Shown: in pieces, positions 29,388-42,369 of the stretch | Numbering within the stretch: the stretch's first letter is position 1 | How the letters are laid out: each line of letters opens with the position of its first letter | From: an uncultured Rhodobacterales bacterium | GTDB lineage: Bacteria; Pseudomonadota; Alphaproteobacteria; Rhodospirillales; Rhodospirillaceae | DNA length: 64,000 nt | NCBI GenBank assembly: GCA_964624075.1 | Contig: CAZUWH010000006.1 | Location: 603 to 64,602 of the forward strand | Reading direction: 5' to 3' | The notes under the pieces: generated by a model | What the model saw: only the letters and a program-made list of their open reading frames with translations | Databases searched by the model: none | Told to the model about the DNA's origin: nothing | Program-made: the position numbers and the translations under genes

Positions 29388-31458
29388 GGGTTCCCGTTCC
29401 CCCCTGTGCCCGGCTGCTGTTCAGACTTTCGACACATTCTGCCATGATTCGGGAAGCGCGGCTGATCGGATCGGTCATATAGAAATTGGTGACCGGCGAC
29501 ATGAATGGCGCCTCTGTCACGGCCGCGGTCGAACTGCCGAACGTCCCCCATGGCGCAGCGGCCGGGGCCTGATCAATGGCGGCAAAGGCCGGATCCACCG
29601 CAGCCAGGCGCGCGCGCACTCCGGCAAGCGAATCATAGGGAAGCGGCTTGCCGACGACATCGGAAAGGGCACGGATGATCTTCCAGTCTTCACGCGCTTC
29701 GCCCGGCGGAAATACGGCCAATCGCGTGCCCTGCACCCGCCCCTCCGTATTCACGTAGAGGGCATTCTTTTCGGTATAGGCCGCGCCCGGTAGGATCACG
29801 TCCGCCCGTTGTGCGCCGGCATCGCCATGGTGTCCCTGGTAGACGACAAACGCCTTGCCCAAGGCAGCCATGTCGATTTCATCGGCGCCCAAGAGATAAA
29901 CGAAGCCGATCTCCCCCTTGCTAGCCCCTTCGAGAATGGCGGCAACAGCGCGCCCTTCCTCGCCCGGCATGAACCCCAGCATCAGGCCGCCCACCCGCGC
30001 CGCCGCCGTATGCAGGACATTGAAGCCGTTCCAGCCCTCCTGCACCATGCCGGTCGCTTCAGCCAACCGGTGGGCCAGCCCCAGAGTGGCTGGACCGTCA
30101 GAACGCGCCAGCGCTCCCTGCCCCACGATCAGCATAGGCCGTTCAGCTGCCTTCAGCACCGCATGAAAGGGATGCCGCCCCTCTGCCACGGCCTTCACGG
30201 CCTCCGGCCCATGACCCAAAAACGCGGCTGGATAGGTCAGGTCAGCTTTCTCTCCGATCGTTGCCACCTTCAGCCTACCGGTGAGCCAGCGCTTGCGGAT
30301 GCGGGCGTTCACAACCGCTGCCTCCCGGCGCGGATTGGTGCCGATCAGGAGCAGGGCATCGGCCTCGTCAAGGCCGGCGATGGTCGTGTTGAATCGATAG
30401 GCCGCCGGCACCCGTGAATCTAGGGCTGCGCCGTCCTGACGGCAGTCGAGATTCACCACCCCCAGGCCGGTCACCAGAAGATCCTTCAGGGCGATCATAG
30501 CCTCGCAGTCAGCCAGATTGCCGGCGAGGGCAGCGATCTTTTCCGGCTTCATGGTTTTTAGCTTGTCGCCAACAACCGCGAAAGCCTCCGGCCAGCCGAC
30601 CGATCGCAGCCTGCCACCGCGTCGTACATAGGGTGTGTCGAGGCGCCGGGCCCGCAGACCGTCACAGGCATGGCGGGTCTTGTCGGAGATCCACTCTTCG
30701 TTGACAGCCTCGTTCAGGCGCGGCAGAACCCGCATCACCTGGGCGCCGCGCGAGTCGATCCGGATGGCGCTGCCGACCGCATCGAGGACATCAACCGACT
30801 CGGTTCTGTGCAGTTCCCATGGTCGCGCCGTGAAGGCATAGGGACGACTGGTCAGCGCCCCGACCGGACAAAGATCGACCAGGTTGCCAGACAGTTCCGA
30901 CTCTAGACTCTTGCCGATGTAGGTGGTGATTTCCATGTGCTCGCCCCGGAACACCGCCCCCAGCTCGGGAACGCCGGCCACCTCGGTCATAAAACGCACA
31001 CAACGCGTGCACTGGATGCAACGGGTCATGTAGGTTTTGATCAGCGGCCCCAGATATTTGTCCGTCACCGCCCGCTTTTCTTCCCTGTACCGGCTCCGGT
31101 CGCCGCCGTAGGTCATCGCCTGATCCTGGAGGTCGCACTCGCCTCCCTGGTCACAGATGGGACAATCGAGCGGGTGATTGATCAGCAAGAGTTCCATCAC
31201 ACCGCGACGGGCTTTACGCACCATGGGACTACCGGTCTTGACCACCATGCCATCGGCGACCGGCAGGGCACAGCTCGCCTGCGGTTTAGGCAGTCCCGGC
31301 GAGACTTCGACCAGGCACATTCGACAGTTGCCGGCAATCGACAGACGTTCATGATAACAGAAGCGCGGAATTTCGATTCCCAGCCGCTCGCAGGCCTGCA
31401 GTACCGTGCTACCTGGCTCCACCTCGATCTTGATGCCGTCGATGGTCAGTTTCGGCAT
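29380..31458 (-). CDS. nuoG: NADH-quinone oxidoreductase subunit G
   Basis: [24 protein letters not shown]...[39 protein letters not shown], 692 aa. Confidence 0.95.
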   Translation of the reverse strand: MPKLTIDGIKIEVEPGSTVLQACERLGIEIPRFCYHERLSIAGNCRMCLVEVSPGLPKPQASCALPVADGMVVKTGSPMVRKARRGVMELLLINHPLDCPICDQGGECDLQDQAMTYGGDRSRYREEKRAVTDKYLGPLIKTYMTRCIQCTRCVRFMTEVAGVPELGAVFRGEHMEITTYIGKSLESELSGNLVDLCPVGALTSRPYAFTARPWELHRTESVDVLDAVGSAIRIDSRGAQVMRVLPRLNEAVNEEWISDKTRHACDGLRARRLDTPYVRRGGRLRSVGWPEAFAVVGDKLKTMKPEKIAALAGNLADCEAMIALKDLLVTGLGVVNLDCRQDGAALDSRVPAAYRFNTTIAGLDEADALLLIGTNPRREAAVVNARIRKRWLTGRLKVATIGEKADLTYPAAFLGHGPEAVKAVAEGRHPFHAVLKAAERPMLIVGQGALARSDGPATLGLAHRLAEATGMVQEGWNGFNVLHTAAARVGGLMLGFMPGEEGRAVAAILEGASKGEIGFVYLLGADEIDMAALGKAFVVYQGHHGDAGAQRADVILPGAAYTEKNALYVNTEGRVQGTRLAVFPPGEAREDWKIIRALSDVVGKPLPYDSLAGVRARLAAVDPAFAAIDQAPAAAPWGTFGSSTAAVTEAPFMSPVTNFYMTDPISRASRIMAECVESLNSSRAQGGTGTHG

Positions 31459-31467
31459 GGTTCCCTC

Positions 31468-32748
31468 TCACCTGGTGGCAGCATGTGCAGCAATGCGACG
31501 CTCGATCTCCGAGCGGAAGTGACGAATCAATCCCTGCACCGGCCACGCCGCCGCGTCACCAAGAGCGCAGATAGTATGACCTTCGATCTGGCGGCTGACC
31601 TGTTCCAGGACGTCGATTTCTGCCACCTCAGCCTCTCCAGTTGTCATGCGCTCCATCATCCGCCACAGCCACCCTGTTCCTTCGCGGCACGGCGTGCACT
31701 GGCCACAGCTTTCGTGCTTATAGAATCGTGACAGACGGGCAATGGCACGCACGATATCCGTAGACCGATCCATGACAATAACCGCCGCGGTCCCGAGACC
31801 AGATTGCACCTCGCGTAGGGAATCGAAATCCATCAGAACATGGTCGCAGATATCTTTCGGCAGCAGGGGTACCGATGATCCTCCGGGAATCACGGCCAGA
31901 AGGTTATCCCAGCCGCCCCGGACACCGCCGGCGTGCCGTTCGATCAACTCCTTCAGAGGGACTCCCATTTCCTCTTCCACGTTGCACGGTGCGTTGACGT
32001 GGCCGGAAATACAGAACACCTTGGTTCCCGTGTTCTTGGGCCGTCCCAGCCCGGCAAACCAGACACCGCCCCGGCGGAGAATGGTGGGAACAACGGCAAT
32101 GGATTCGACATTGTTGACAGTGGTCGGACAGCCAAACACCCCGACCCCGGCTGGAAACGGCGGCTTCAGACGCGGCTGGCCCTTTTTACCTTCGATGCTG
32201 TTGATAAGGGCAGTTTCCTCGCCACAGATGTAGGCACCCATGCCACGATGGACTCGAACATCAAAAGCCCAGCCCGTACCGTAAGCATCGCTGCCGATCA
32301 GACCCACGGTCCGGGCCTCGTCAATAGCAGCCTGCAACACCTCGGCCTCGCGATAGAACTCACCACGAATGTAGATGTAGGCGACATGGGCGTTCATGGC
32401 GAAACTGGCCAGCAACGCCCCCTCGATCAGCTTGTGCGGCTCGTTGCGGAGGATGTCACGGTCCTTGCACGTGCCCGGTTCGCCCTCGTCGGCATTGATG
32501 ACCAGATAATGAGGACGCTCCGGTGTAACCGTCTTCGGCATGAATGTCCATTTGAGGCCCGTTGGGAAACCGGCGCCGCCACGGCCACGCAAACCCGATT
32601 CCTTGACCTGATCGATGATCCAGTCACGACCCTTGGCCATCAAGGCCTCCGTGTTCTCCCAGTCCCCCCGCTCCCGTGCTCCTTTCAGACCGACATCGTG
32701 GAAACCGTACAGATTGGTAAAGATTCGGTCCTTGTCGCTCAGCATCAC
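31468..32748 (-). CDS. nuoF: NADH-quinone oxidoreductase subunit F
   Basis: [44 protein letters not shown]. Confidence 0.95.
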   Translation of the reverse strand: MMLSDKDRIFTNLYGFHDVGLKGARERGDWENTEALMAKGRDWIIDQVKESGLRGRGGAGFPTGLKWTFMPKTVTPERPHYLVINADEGEPGTCKDRDILRNEPHKLIEGALLASFAMNAHVAYIYIRGEFYREAEVLQAAIDEARTVGLIGSDAYGTGWAFDVRVHRGMGAYICGEETALINSIEGKKGQPRLKPPFPAGVGVFGCPTTVNNVESIAVVPTILRRGGVWFAGLGRPKNTGTKVFCISGHVNAPCNVEEEMGVPLKELIERHAGGVRGGWDNLLAVIPGGSSVPLLPKDICDHVLMDFDSLREVQSGLGTAAVIVMDRSTDIVRAIARLSRFYKHESCGQCTPCREGTGWLWRMMERMTTGEAEVAEIDVLEQVSRQIEGHTICALGDAAAWPVQGLIRHFRSEIERRIAAHAATR

Positions 32749-33359
32749 ACCCCCCCCTTGACTGGTACCGATTTGAGGGTAGTAGGCCCGCTAGCCGGAC
32801 AAGAACACTGACGGCCGATTTGCGACCCTGCTTTCAGCCGTTCGCCCCGCCCCAACGCCTCCAGAATCGCCTTCATGGCAGTATAATCGAGATCCTCGAA
32901 ATAATCGTCCCCGATCTGGACGACGGGCGCATTGACACACGCCCCCGCGCATTCGACTTCCTGAACGGTGAACTGGTCATCCGGCGTGGTCTCGCCTGGG
33001 CTGATCCCCAACACATCGCGACAAGCCCGCACGATCTCATCGGATCCGCGCAACCAGCACGGCAGGTTCGTACAGACCTGGACATGATGCCGACCAACCG
33101 GATACAGCCGGTACATGGTATAAAACGTTGCCACCTCGTAAACCCGCATAGAGGGTACCCCGAGAAGACCGGCAACATAATCCACGGCCGCCCGGGAGAG
33201 CCATCCCGCCTGCCGCTGGGCCAGATCGAGCAAAGGCATAGTGGCGCCCGCCTGCTTGCCCGGGGGATAGCGGGCAATCACCACTTCCGCTTTCTTCAGA
33301 TTGTCAGCCGTAAAGACGAATGAGGCTGGTTCGGTGGATGCAGAAGATTGCTTATTCAT
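32745..33359 (-). CDS. nuoE: NADH-quinone oxidoreductase subunit E
   Basis: [17 protein letters not shown]...[15 protein letters not shown] [2Fe-2S] motifs. Confidence 0.93.
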   Translation of the reverse strand: MNKQSSASTEPASFVFTADNLKKAEVVIARYPPGKQAGATMPLLDLAQRQAGWLSRAAVDYVAGLLGVPSMRVYEVATFYTMYRLYPVGRHHVQVCTNLPCWLRGSDEIVRACRDVLGISPGETTPDDQFTVQEVECAGACVNAPVVQIGDDYFEDLDYTAMKAILEALGRGERLKAGSQIGRQCSCPASGPTTLKSVPVKGGV

Positions 33360-34534
33360 CGGTCAATCTCGCCGAAAACAACGTCAAGGGAGCCGATGAT
33401 CGCGGTAACGTCGGCGAGCATGTGCCCGTTTGCCAGCATGTCCATCGCCGAAAGATGGACATAACCCGGGGAACGGATGGCACAACGGTAGGGTCTGTTG
33501 CTGCCGTCTGCCACCAAGTAGACGCCAAACTCACCCTTGGGCGCCTCGGTTGCGACATAGACCTCACCCGCTGGCACATGGAAGCCCTCGCTGAACAACT
33601 TAAAATGATGGATCAGAGCCTCCATCGAATGCTTCATTTCGCCTCGCTTCGGCAGCACAACCTTATGATTGTCCACCCGTACCGCCCCTGCCGGCATTCT
33701 GTCGAGACACTGTTTTATGAGGCGCACCGACTGGTGCATTTCCTCGACCCGAACCAGATAGCGGTCGTAGGCATCCCCCTTGCGGCCGACCGGAATGTCG
33801 AAATGCAGGGCATCATAAACCTCATAGGGCTGGGCCTTGCGCAGATCCCACGGCAGGCCTGCCGCCCGCAAGACCGGCCCCGAAAATCCCCAGTCCATTG
33901 CCTGCCCAGCCGTAACCGGACTGATATCGACGGTGCGCTGCTTGAAGATACGGTTCTCGGTCAGTAGCGTTTCTATGTCGTCGATCAGGCCCGGGAAGGT
34001 TTCACACCAGGCCATGATGTCTTCGGCAAGTCCCTCTGGCATGTCATGGGCTACACCACCGATACGAAAATAGTTGGCATGCATGCGGGCCCCACAGACC
34101 CGCTCGTAGAATTCCATCAGACGCTCGCGCTCTTCAAACATCCACAACAACGGGGTCATGGCTCCCACGTCCAAGGCATAAGACGTGATGTTGAGGATGT
34201 GACTCATCAGCCGCGAGATCTCGGCATACAGAACCCGGATATACTGGGCCCGTGGCGGCAATTCGAGCCTAAGCAGCTTCTCAGCCGCCAACACGAAGGA
34301 ATGCTCCATCGCCATTGGCGCACAATAATCAAGCCGATCGAAATAGGGCGCTGCCTGGGCGTAAGTCTTATATTCAATCAGCTTCTCGGTTCCCCGATGC
34401 AGCAGACCGACATGGGGATCGGCACGTTCGATCACCTCCCCCGACAGCTCCAGCACCAGACGTAACACGCCATGGGCCGATGGATGCTGCGGCCCGAAAT
34501 TGAGCGTGAGGGTATTGATCCGGGCTTCAGCCAT
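33356..34534 (-). CDS. nuoD: NADH-quinone oxidoreductase subunit D
   Basis: [20 protein letters not shown]...LHRGTEKL...ends VVFGEIDR. Start MAEARINT at 34534. Confidence 0.95.
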   Translation of the reverse strand: MAEARINTLTLNFGPQHPSAHGVLRLVLELSGEVIERADPHVGLLHRGTEKLIEYKTYAQAAPYFDRLDYCAPMAMEHSFVLAAEKLLRLELPPRAQYIRVLYAEISRLMSHILNITSYALDVGAMTPLLWMFEERERLMEFYERVCGARMHANYFRIGGVAHDMPEGLAEDIMAWCETFPGLIDDIETLLTENRIFKQRTVDISPVTAGQAMDWGFSGPVLRAAGLPWDLRKAQPYEVYDALHFDIPVGRKGDAYDRYLVRVEEMHQSVRLIKQCLDRMPAGAVRVDNHKVVLPKRGEMKHSMEALIHHFKLFSEGFHVPAGEVYVATEAPKGEFGVYLVADGSNRPYRCAIRSPGYVHLSAMDMLANGHMLADVTAIIGSLDVVFGEIDR

Positions 34535-34536
34535 GT

Positions 34537-35145
34537 TCAGCTCTTTCCTTCCGCCTTCTCGTCCCCCGGCAGCCTTCCGCCGTATCCTTCCCACGGGCTC
34601 AGGAAATCGAAGGTACGAAATTCCTGCGTCAGTCTGACCGGCGCATAGACGACTCGTTTATGCTCATCGTCGTAACGGACTTCGACATAGCCGGTCAGCG
34701 GAAAATCCTTGCGCAGGGGATGACCCTCGAAGCCATAGTCGGTGAGAAGACGACGCAAATCCGGATGATCGGTGAAGGCCACCCCGTACATATCCCATAT
34801 CTCGCGCTCGAACCAGTTGGCCGAGGAAAACACGCTCACCACTGACGGAACCGGTGTTTCTTCACCGGTTTGCACCTTGACTCGTACCCGTTGGTTGTGA
34901 CGCAGGGATAGAAGATGGTAGACGACCTCGAAGCGCTCCTCCCGTTCAGGATAGTCGACACCGGCCATGAACACGAGTTGCCGGAACTGGCAGTTGGCAT
35001 CGTCCCGCAAAAAAGTCAGCACCCTGACAACAGCGGATCTCTGCACGGTGATCGTCAATTCACCATGTGAGATGTCCACTGCCCGCACTTCCTGCAAGAG
35101 CGCTATTCTGATGTAGTCTCCCAGATCCTGAAATACCTGAAGCAT
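34537..35145 (-). CDS. nuoC: NADH-quinone oxidoreductase subunit C
   Basis: [45 protein letters not shown]. Confidence 0.95.
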   Translation of the reverse strand: MLQVFQDLGDYIRIALLQEVRAVDISHGELTITVQRSAVVRVLTFLRDDANCQFRQLVFMAGVDYPEREERFEVVYHLLSLRHNQRVRVKVQTGEETPVPSVVSVFSSANWFEREIWDMYGVAFTDHPDLRRLLTDYGFEGHPLRKDFPLTGYVEVRYDDEHKRVVYAPVRLTQEFRTFDFLSPWEGYGGRLPGDEKAEGKS

Positions 35146-35166
35146 GATTCAGCCTGCCCGCTTTCC

Positions 35167-35709
35167 TCACCGGAACAGCGTTCCGGTCCGCCGGATTTTC
35201 TTCTGCAGCTGCATGATACCATACAGCAATGCCTCCGCTGTCGGCGGACAGCCTGGCACATAGACATCGACTGGGACGATGCGATCGCACCCTCGCACGA
35301 CTGCATAGGAATAATGATAATATCCCCCTCCGTTGGCACAGGAGCCCATGGAAATCACCCACCGTGGTTCGGCCATCTGGTCATAAACCTTGCGCAGGGC
35401 CGGTGCCATCTTGTTGGTCAGCGTGCCAGCCACGATCATGACATCCGATTGGCGCGGACTAGGTCGGAAGACGAGACCAAAGCGATCCAAATCATAGCGT
35501 GAACAGGCACAATGAATCATCTCGATCGCACAACAGGCCAGTCCGAACGTCAACGGCCATAGCGACCCGGTCCGCGCCCAATTGACCAGGCTGTCAACAG
35601 TGGAAAGGACGAAGCCTTTGTCGCCGATTTCCTCACCCACCAGAGCAAGGAGCCTGTCCTGGTCCGAACCTGGGGGCAGCGATGGCGCTCCCGCGAAATT
35701 CACTCCCAT
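35167..35709 (-). CDS. nuoB: NADH-quinone oxidoreductase subunit B
   Basis: [41 protein letters not shown]. Start MGVNFAG at 35709 overlaps the nuoA end by 10 nt. Confidence 0.93.
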   Translation of the reverse strand: MGVNFAGAPSLPPGSDQDRLLALVGEEIGDKGFVLSTVDSLVNWARTGSLWPLTFGLACCAIEMIHCACSRYDLDRFGLVFRPSPRQSDVMIVAGTLTNKMAPALRKVYDQMAEPRWVISMGSCANGGGYYHYSYAVVRGCDRIVPVDVYVPGCPPTAEALLYGIMQLQKKIRRTGTLFR

Positions 35710-36065
35710 TCCAACGCTCCCTTCTTCCACTCGTAAACGAAACCGACGGTCAGGATTCCCAGGAACACTATCATCGACCAGAATCCGAACAGCCCCACCT
35801 CTCCCAAGGCCACGGCCCACGGAAACAGAAACGCCACCTCCAGGTCGAAAATGATGAAAAGAATTGCTACCAGATAGAACCGCACGTCGAACTGGATGCG
35901 CGCATCCTCGAAAGGCTCGAACCCACATTCGTAAGCCGAGTTCTTTTCGGAGTCAGGTCGCTGTGGTGCGATGATATAGGAAGCAACAATGGCTCCGATC
36001 GCAATGACACAGGCAATACCGAAAAAAATCAGAATCGGTAGATATTCCTTAAGGAAATCTTCCAT
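35700..36065 (-). CDS. nuoA: NADH-quinone oxidoreductase subunit A
   Basis: [40 protein letters not shown]. Start [10 protein letters not shown] at 36065. Confidence 0.93.
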   Translation of the reverse strand: MEDFLKEYLPILIFFGIACVIAIGAIVASYIIAPQRPDSEKNSAYECGFEPFEDARIQFDVRFYLVAILFIIFDLEVAFLFPWAVALGEVGLFGFWSMIVFLGILTVGFVYEWKKGALEWE

Positions 36066-36719
36066 GGTTATCCATACTCCCTGCCGTCGCATGCACCACA
36101 GAAACGCGCCAGCATTGTCCCGACTTCCTTGCAAATCGGTCGTGACCTTACACGCCACGATAGACAAGCCAGATGACAGGCACCACATGTACTTCCAGAA
36201 ATACCGTTCGCCCCCTACCCTCAACAACCTCAATCAGCCCCGGGCACACGTTAAAGACTCCAAGACGGCTTCTTCCAGACGCTTACACAATCCCGCGCCC
36301 GTCGTCCGGTTCATATCCCCGGACACGACCGGTCCCCGTCAGAGCTGTTTCGCCTTTTCCGCTCACGCCATTTTCTTTCCTTATCTTAAGAGATTCTATC
36401 GGCCGATTGTTCGGGTTTAATGCAGGCTTTCATTCCGAGTCAAGGCCGCTTCTGACATGATTGAAGATCAGTCTTCAGACACGACGGGGCGGCGGGCGAT
36501 GCAGGCACGTTTCACGGCTCTGTTCCGCAGAGACGTCGGCAAAACGGAACAGATCAGAACGGATGAAAGCGTCGGTCGCCGACGGGATTTCTACCCCCAT
36601 TTTATCATGAGAAATTTGTCATAATAGAGGTTGTCTGTATAAGGTCACGAAAGGCAAAACGTGAAATGAAAGAAGGTGGGACAGCCTGAGTAACATGGAA
36701 TGCGCGGACGGGCAGGGAG

Positions 36720-37800
36720 ATGGAAAGAGACAATGACCCGCTTTATGACCTGACGATCATCGGTGGTGGCATCAACGGTGCAGATCTTGCACGTGATGCC
36801 GCCTGGCGGGGATTATCGGTCGCACTAGTTGTGGTGGGCGACTTGGCGGCTGCAACCTCCTCTGCCAGCAGGAGGTTAGTTTGTGGTAGCTTGCGCTATC
36901 TTGAACACTACCAGTTCCGTCTGGTGCGTGAGGGCCCTGGCCGGGCGGGAGGTTCTGCTGCACGCGGGGCCCCGCATCCGGTCTGACCCATGACCTTGTG
37001 TTCTCCTCCACACCTGCCATGCGCCCGGTCTGGATGATCCGTACCGGCCTGTTTCTCTACAACCACTTGGCCCGGCGGTCGGTGCTGCCGGATTCGCAAA
37101 AGGTCGCGCTGGCCAAGCATCCGGCAGGTTGCCACTTATTATGCGAAAGGCTTTTCCTATGCCGACTGCTGGGGCGACGATACCAGACTCGTGCTGGTCA
37201 ATGCCATGGATGCCAGCTCAGCTGGGAGCTGCCATTTTCACCCGCACCCGCTGTACTGGCCTGGTGCCGCTCAAGACCGGCTCCGGTTCCGTGTGGGAGG
37301 TCGCGGCGATCGATAGCCTGACCGGTTGCCCGCGGCGCCTCTTGAGTCGGGTGATCGTCACAATACGGCCAGGCCATGGGTACGCGCCGTGCATGGCCTA
37401 GCGGGAAAATCCGCTGCCGTCCTTCCCGGTCTGTGCCTGGTCAAGGGCAGCCATAACGCCGTTCTACCTAGTGGCGATCTTGACCCGGATGGACTGAAAG
37501 GGTGGCTCAAGACGGGCCCATGCCCGCTGGTCCTAAGCTGACGCAGGCGCTCCTGCGCCCGTTATGGGCGGAAGCTACAGCAAAGCAAGCCGGACCGCCG
37601 CCCCCCTTCTGCTTGGCACGGCAACCCGCCTGGCCGATCTGGGACACAATTTTGACGGTGGATTGTACGAAGCCGAGAGGGCAGCGCGGAATGATCTGGC
37701 CGCCGCTCTGGCCCATCGCGACCTGGAGCCCGCTGCCCTGGGAACGACCGCCGGGTGGTTCCCCCCGTTCCTCCCCCCCCCTGCCTCTTCGACAGACGCC
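36720..37800 (+). pseudogene. glpD: Glycerol-3-phosphate dehydrogenase (GlpD), decayed
   Basis: YDLTIIGGGINGADLARDAAWRGLSV...SSASRRLVCGSLRYLEHYQFRLVRE. Later blocks are in other frames: RPVWMIRTGLFLYNHL, AIFTRTRCTGL, LVKGSH, LADLGHNFDGGLYEAE. Internal deletions; 3' limit is approximate. Confidence 0.8.
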
Positions 37801-38052
37801 CGGGAACGGGCTAAGGAACACCAGGACACACGAAAAACAACCACCTGGCGCGCTAGCCCTGGACGCACCGATCTTCGTCTTTGTTCTTCCACCTCTTCCG
37901 CAGCTCCTCAACGGGCGTGCAAGAGAGCCGTCGTCTGTAGAATGTGCGTAGCCTGTTCAAGCGGGACATCACCCTCTCCCCCGATGACCTCCACTCTTAC
38001 GTCTGGCGACAGACTATGACCATAATCCGATTCGGCCCCGCCAGGGGTACGA

Positions 38053-39167
38053 TTAGCGACTGGTGGTCAGCTTCAGGCTGGTGCCGTCCTGCAGGGGAAA
38101 CAGCGTCTGGACCGTTCCCTTGCCGAAGGTGCGACCACCCCCCTACCAGTTTGGCCCGGCCCGTGTCGCGCAGGGCGCCAGCCACCGCAATGGCCTGTTC
38201 CAGAACGCCTCCCGGATTGTTGTGCAAGTCGAGATCAGTCCGCCGGCGGGGGGGGGGGGGGCCTTGCAACTGATGCCACACGGCCTGCAGGGCTTGTTGC
38301 ACGGCGCTGGTGGTCTGTTCGTTGAAGAGACGGATGCGGATGTAGGCGATCCGGTCCTGCTCCAGTCGTGCCACAACCGACGTGACGGTGATTCGTGTCC
38401 GGACGAGAGGGAAATGAAACGTGGTCCCGGCCCGGACGATAGTGAGATGCACCACGCTACCGCGCGTGCCGCGAACCTGATGGATCACTCCGGCCAGGCT
38501 CTGTGGTCCGTAGTGGTTCTGCCGTTCACGGCCACGATGACATCGCCCGCTCTCAGGCCGGCCTGTGCGGCAGGACCACCATTAAGAGACGCCACGATTC
38601 GGATGGTTTCCTTTTCCATGGACAGCTCGACGCCGATGCCCACGAATTCGCCGCGCGTGGTGGCTTTCAGATGGCTGAAGGCCTTGGCGTCCATGAAGCT
38701 GAGAGGAGTCAAGGCCGTTGCACCCATGGGCCTTGGCGGCCACCTCCCCAGGCCCCTGCGCTGCCTACGCTGGCATGGCACGGACGACTTCGATAGCCGC
38801 AGTAAGCAGAAGGACGGGGCTTGGCAGTTCAGACATATTCATTAGCGATGTACTGCATAACATCTTCGATCAGTACCATCTGGTGCTTGGCCTCACGGCC
38901 GTGGCCAAGCACCGCCGTGAACGCATCCCGTAGAGGCGTGAAGTCGACCGCCGCCATCCCGCCAGCCGGAAAGAAGGCCAGACAGGACAAGACAATGCCC
39001 CATCTTACCGTCAGCTGTACCGAACGCCACTGCGGGATCAGGACAGGTCGTTTTCGACTTTCCGCCTTTTCCGGAAGAGCAGGCATCCCGACCGTCATCC
39101 CGGGGAAATCGGTGCGAAAAAAGAAGCCAAGGGTCGAGAATGGCGCCATGATGTTTTCCCCTTCCAT
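38053..39167 (-). pseudogene. ctpA: Carboxy-terminal processing protease (S41, CtpA/Prc-like), decayed
   Basis: N-terminal, PDZ (FVGIGVEL...GGPAAQAGLRAGDVIVAVNG) and LDLHNNPGGVLEQAIAV blocks are split over three frames. AIAV joins directly to AGALRDTGRAKLVGGRTFGKGTVQTLFPL, so the Ser-containing GGSASASEI-type block is missing. Premature stop after KLTTSR. Confidence 0.8.
38248..38261. repeat. G14 homopolymer inside the ctpA pseudogene
   Basis: Fourteen consecutive G, counted directly. Sits where a conserved linker precedes LDL(R/H)NNPGG. Confidence 0.9.
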
Positions 39168-39326
39168 TTCGGACCGTGCCTCGCAGAATCCGGAAGTTGC
39201 CCGTTTGTGAACGCACGAAGATGTGTTAAACAGAGAGCATCTTTATGGCCCCTGTTTTGCTTCGTTGTCTGAAAGCAACGGCGGAGGGGGGTGTGCTCTG
39301 AACATATGATACACGCGATAAAGTCG

Positions 39327-40754
39327 ATGACGGTCATAACCCGCTTTGCCCCTTCCCCCACAGGCTTCCTTCATATCGGGGGGGCACGAACGGCCTTGTT
39401 CAACTGGCTGTATGCCCGTCGCCGGGGGGGGCGATTCTTCCTTCGGATCGAGGATACCGACCGGGTCCGTTCGACACCTGAGGCGGTGAACGCGATCCTT
39501 GATGGCCTGCGCTGGCTCGGAATCTCATGGGAGGGCGAAGCGGTCATCCAGTCTGCCCGCGTCACCCGGCATGTTGCGGTGGCCCAGCAGCTCCAGGACT
39601 GCGGCATGGCTTACCGGTGCTACTGCACGCCGGAGGAACTGGCTGCGATGCGCGAGGCTGCCCGCCAGGCAGGTCGCCCGGTGGGGTACGATGGCCACTG
39701 GCGTGAGCGCAATCCGGCTACGGCCCCGCCGGGCGCGCTGCCGGTGCTCCGGCTTCGGGCACCACGGGAGGGGGAAACGGTCATCGACGATCTGGTTCAG
39801 GGACGGGTGACGGTTGCCAATGGGCAGCTCGACGACATGGTCTTGCTACGAGCCGATGGTACGCCCACTTACATGCTGTCGGTGGTCGTGGACGATCATG
39901 ATATGGGTATCACCCATGTGATTCGCGGAGATGACCATCTGACCAACGCCTTTCGGCAGACACAAATTTACCGGGCCATGGGGTGGGACGGGCCACAGTT
40001 TGCCCATATTCCGTTGATTCATGGTCCCGACGGCGCCAAACTGTCGAAACGGCACGGTGCCTTGGGTGTGGAGGCCTACCGCGCGATGGGCTTCCTGTCT
40101 GAGGCAATGTGCAACTATCTGGTTCGCCTTGGCTGGGGGCACGGGGACGCGGAGATTTTTACCACCGCCCAGGCTGTCGCCTGGTTTGACATCAGGGATG
40201 TTGGTCGCAGTGCCGCCCGGTTTGACATGATGAAACTGACGGCCCTCAACGCCCATTATCTGCGCGAGGCCGACGACGTTCGCCTGGTCGATTTCATCCG
40301 TCCGCATCTCGAAACCGCGCTGGGAACGCCGGTGAATGACAGGGATCTGGCCCGACTGTACAGGGCCATGCCCGGCCTGAAGGTACGGACGCGCACAGTG
40401 CGGGAACTGGCCGATGCGGCACTGTTCTACGTGCACCCCCGGCCGATTCCACTGGACAACAAGGCGTGTCAGCAGCTTGACACAGGCGATCCCGCGCTTC
40501 TGATCACACTGGCCACGCACCTCGCCGCAGCCGAAAGGGTGTGGGAGGTCCGGGTCCTAGAAGAGGACATGCGTCGCCTGGCCGCGGAGCAGGGACTCGC
40601 TCTCAGCAAACTTGCACAACCTATGAGAGTAGCCTTGACGGGGGCGACGATATCTCCTCCTCTTTTCGACGTCATGCAGGTGCTGGGGCGGGAGGAGGTC
40701 CTGGCCCGTCTTGACGACGTTCTGGCAAACCGGAGCGAAAGAGACGTGGCCTGA
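39327..40754 (+). CDS. gltX: Glutamate--tRNA ligase
   Basis: [43 protein letters not shown]. Confidence 0.95.
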   Translation: MTVITRFAPSPTGFLHIGGARTALFNWLYARRRGGRFFLRIEDTDRVRSTPEAVNAILDGLRWLGISWEGEAVIQSARVTRHVAVAQQLQDCGMAYRCYCTPEELAAMREAARQAGRPVGYDGHWRERNPATAPPGALPVLRLRAPREGETVIDDLVQGRVTVANGQLDDMVLLRADGTPTYMLSVVVDDHDMGITHVIRGDDHLTNAFRQTQIYRAMGWDGPQFAHIPLIHGPDGAKLSKRHGALGVEAYRAMGFLSEAMCNYLVRLGWGHGDAEIFTTAQAVAWFDIRDVGRSAARFDMMKLTALNAHYLREADDVRLVDFIRPHLETALGTPVNDRDLARLYRAMPGLKVRTRTVRELADAALFYVHPRPIPLDNKACQQLDTGDPALLITLATHLAAAERVWEVRVLEEDMRRLAAEQGLALSKLAQPMRVALTGATISPPLFDVMQVLGREEVLARLDDVLANRSERDVA

Positions 40755-40860
40755 ACATGGCCCGGATACAACGGGAAAACGTCAGGAAAACAAGGAAGGA
40801 GGCCGTTTCGTTCCACATGTGTCCAGCACATCGTTCGGCAAATCATCGGGGAATGGCGCC

Positions 40861-42204
40861 ATGAACGAAGAAACCGCTCTTGCCACCGCTGAGACAACGG
40901 AAGAGACAAGAAAGAATCACGTCACGTTGATCGATCACCCTAATAACAAATCCTATGACCTGCCGGTTCTGCGCGGTTCGGTGGGTCCAGATGTCATCGA
41001 TATCCGCCGCCTTTATACCGATACCGGCTATTTCACGTTTGATCCTGGCTTTACTTCAACCGGAAGCTGTGATTCGCGAATCACCTTCATCGATGGGGAA
41101 AAAGGGATTCTGCTGCATCGTGGCTATGCCATTCAGGATCTGGCTGAACATTCCGACTTCATGGAGGTTGCCTATCTGTTGCTAAAGGGCGAATTACCGA
41201 CGGCAACGGAAAAGACCAAGTTCGAGCACGACATCACTTATCACTCGATGCTGCACGAACAGATTGCCTATTTCTATCGTGGCTTCCGCCGGGATGCCCA
41301 TCCGATGGCGGTGATGTGCGGCGTGGTAGGGGCGTTGTCGGCTTTCTACCATGACAGTCTCGACATCAACGATCCACGGCAGCGGATGATTGCATCCTAT
41401 CGACTGGTGGCGAAGATGCCGACCATCGCGGCGTGGGCCTACAAATATGCCACAGGGCAACCCTTTATCTATCCCCGTAACGAGATGCGATATGCCGAGA
41501 ACTTCCTGCATATGATGTTCGCCACGCCTTGTGAGCCTTACAAGGTCAGTCCGGTGCTGGCGAAGGTCATGGATCGGATCCTGATCCTGCACGCTGATCA
41601 CGAGCAGAACGCCTCGACATCAACGGTGCGCCTGTCGGGGTCGTCGGGAGCCAATCCGTTTGCATGCATCGCTGCGGGTATTGCCTCGTTGTGGGGACCG
41701 GCCCACGGCGGGGCCAATGAAGCCGTGCTCAACATGTTGACAAAGATCGGAGACAAGCGGAACATTCCCGAATATGTCCGACGGGCCAAGGACAAGGACG
41801 ACCCCTTCCGTCTGATGGGCTTTGGCCACCGGGTCTACAAGAATTATGACCCACGGGCCAAGATCATGCGACAGACGGCCCATGAGGCGCTTGAGGATCT
41901 AGACAAGAAGGATGAGCCGCTGCTCGCGGTGGCCATGGAACTGGAAAGGATTGCGCTGGAGGACGAATACTTTGTTGAAAGGCGGCTCTACCCCAATGTA
42001 GATTTCTATTCCGGTGTCATCTTCAACGCGATGGGAATTCCGACGGCAATGTTTACAGCCCTGTTTGCCCTGGCCCGTACAGTCGGCTGGATCAGCCAGT
42101 GGAACGAAATGATCGAAGATCCGAGCCAGAAGATCGGCCGGCCGCGACAGCTATACAGCGGCCAGGGACCACGATCGTTCAAGCCTCTCCATCACAGGCT
42201 GTAA
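40861..42204 (+). CDS. gltA: Citrate synthase (type II)
   Basis: [41 protein letters not shown]. Start MNEETA at 40861. Confidence 0.95.
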   Translation: MNEETALATAETTEETRKNHVTLIDHPNNKSYDLPVLRGSVGPDVIDIRRLYTDTGYFTFDPGFTSTGSCDSRITFIDGEKGILLHRGYAIQDLAEHSDFMEVAYLLLKGELPTATEKTKFEHDITYHSMLHEQIAYFYRGFRRDAHPMAVMCGVVGALSAFYHDSLDINDPRQRMIASYRLVAKMPTIAAWAYKYATGQPFIYPRNEMRYAENFLHMMFATPCEPYKVSPVLAKVMDRILILHADHEQNASTSTVRLSGSSGANPFACIAAGIASLWGPAHGGANEAVLNMLTKIGDKRNIPEYVRRAKDKDDPFRLMGFGHRVYKNYDPRAKIMRQTAHEALEDLDKKDEPLLAVAMELERIALEDEYFVERRLYPNVDFYSGVIFNAMGIPTAMFTALFALARTVGWISQWNEMIEDPSQKIGRPRQLYSGQGPRSFKPLHHRL

Positions 42205-42345
42205 CAAGACGGGATGGAGAAAGTGGAGGGCCGTCGTGTTGCCCCCTGCGCGGGCAGGGCGGCCGTGTCGTTTCGACCGGCACGCAGGAGGGGCTTGTCC
42301 CTCGCGCAGACACGATGACACGGCCGTCCAACACAGCGGTTCAAC

Positions 42346-42369
42346 ATAGATATCGAGATAGATATCGAG
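42346..42369. repeat. Perfect 12-nt tandem duplication
   Basis: ATAGATATCGAG twice in the gltA-dxr spacer; each unit contains the GATATC palindrome. Confidence 0.9.
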
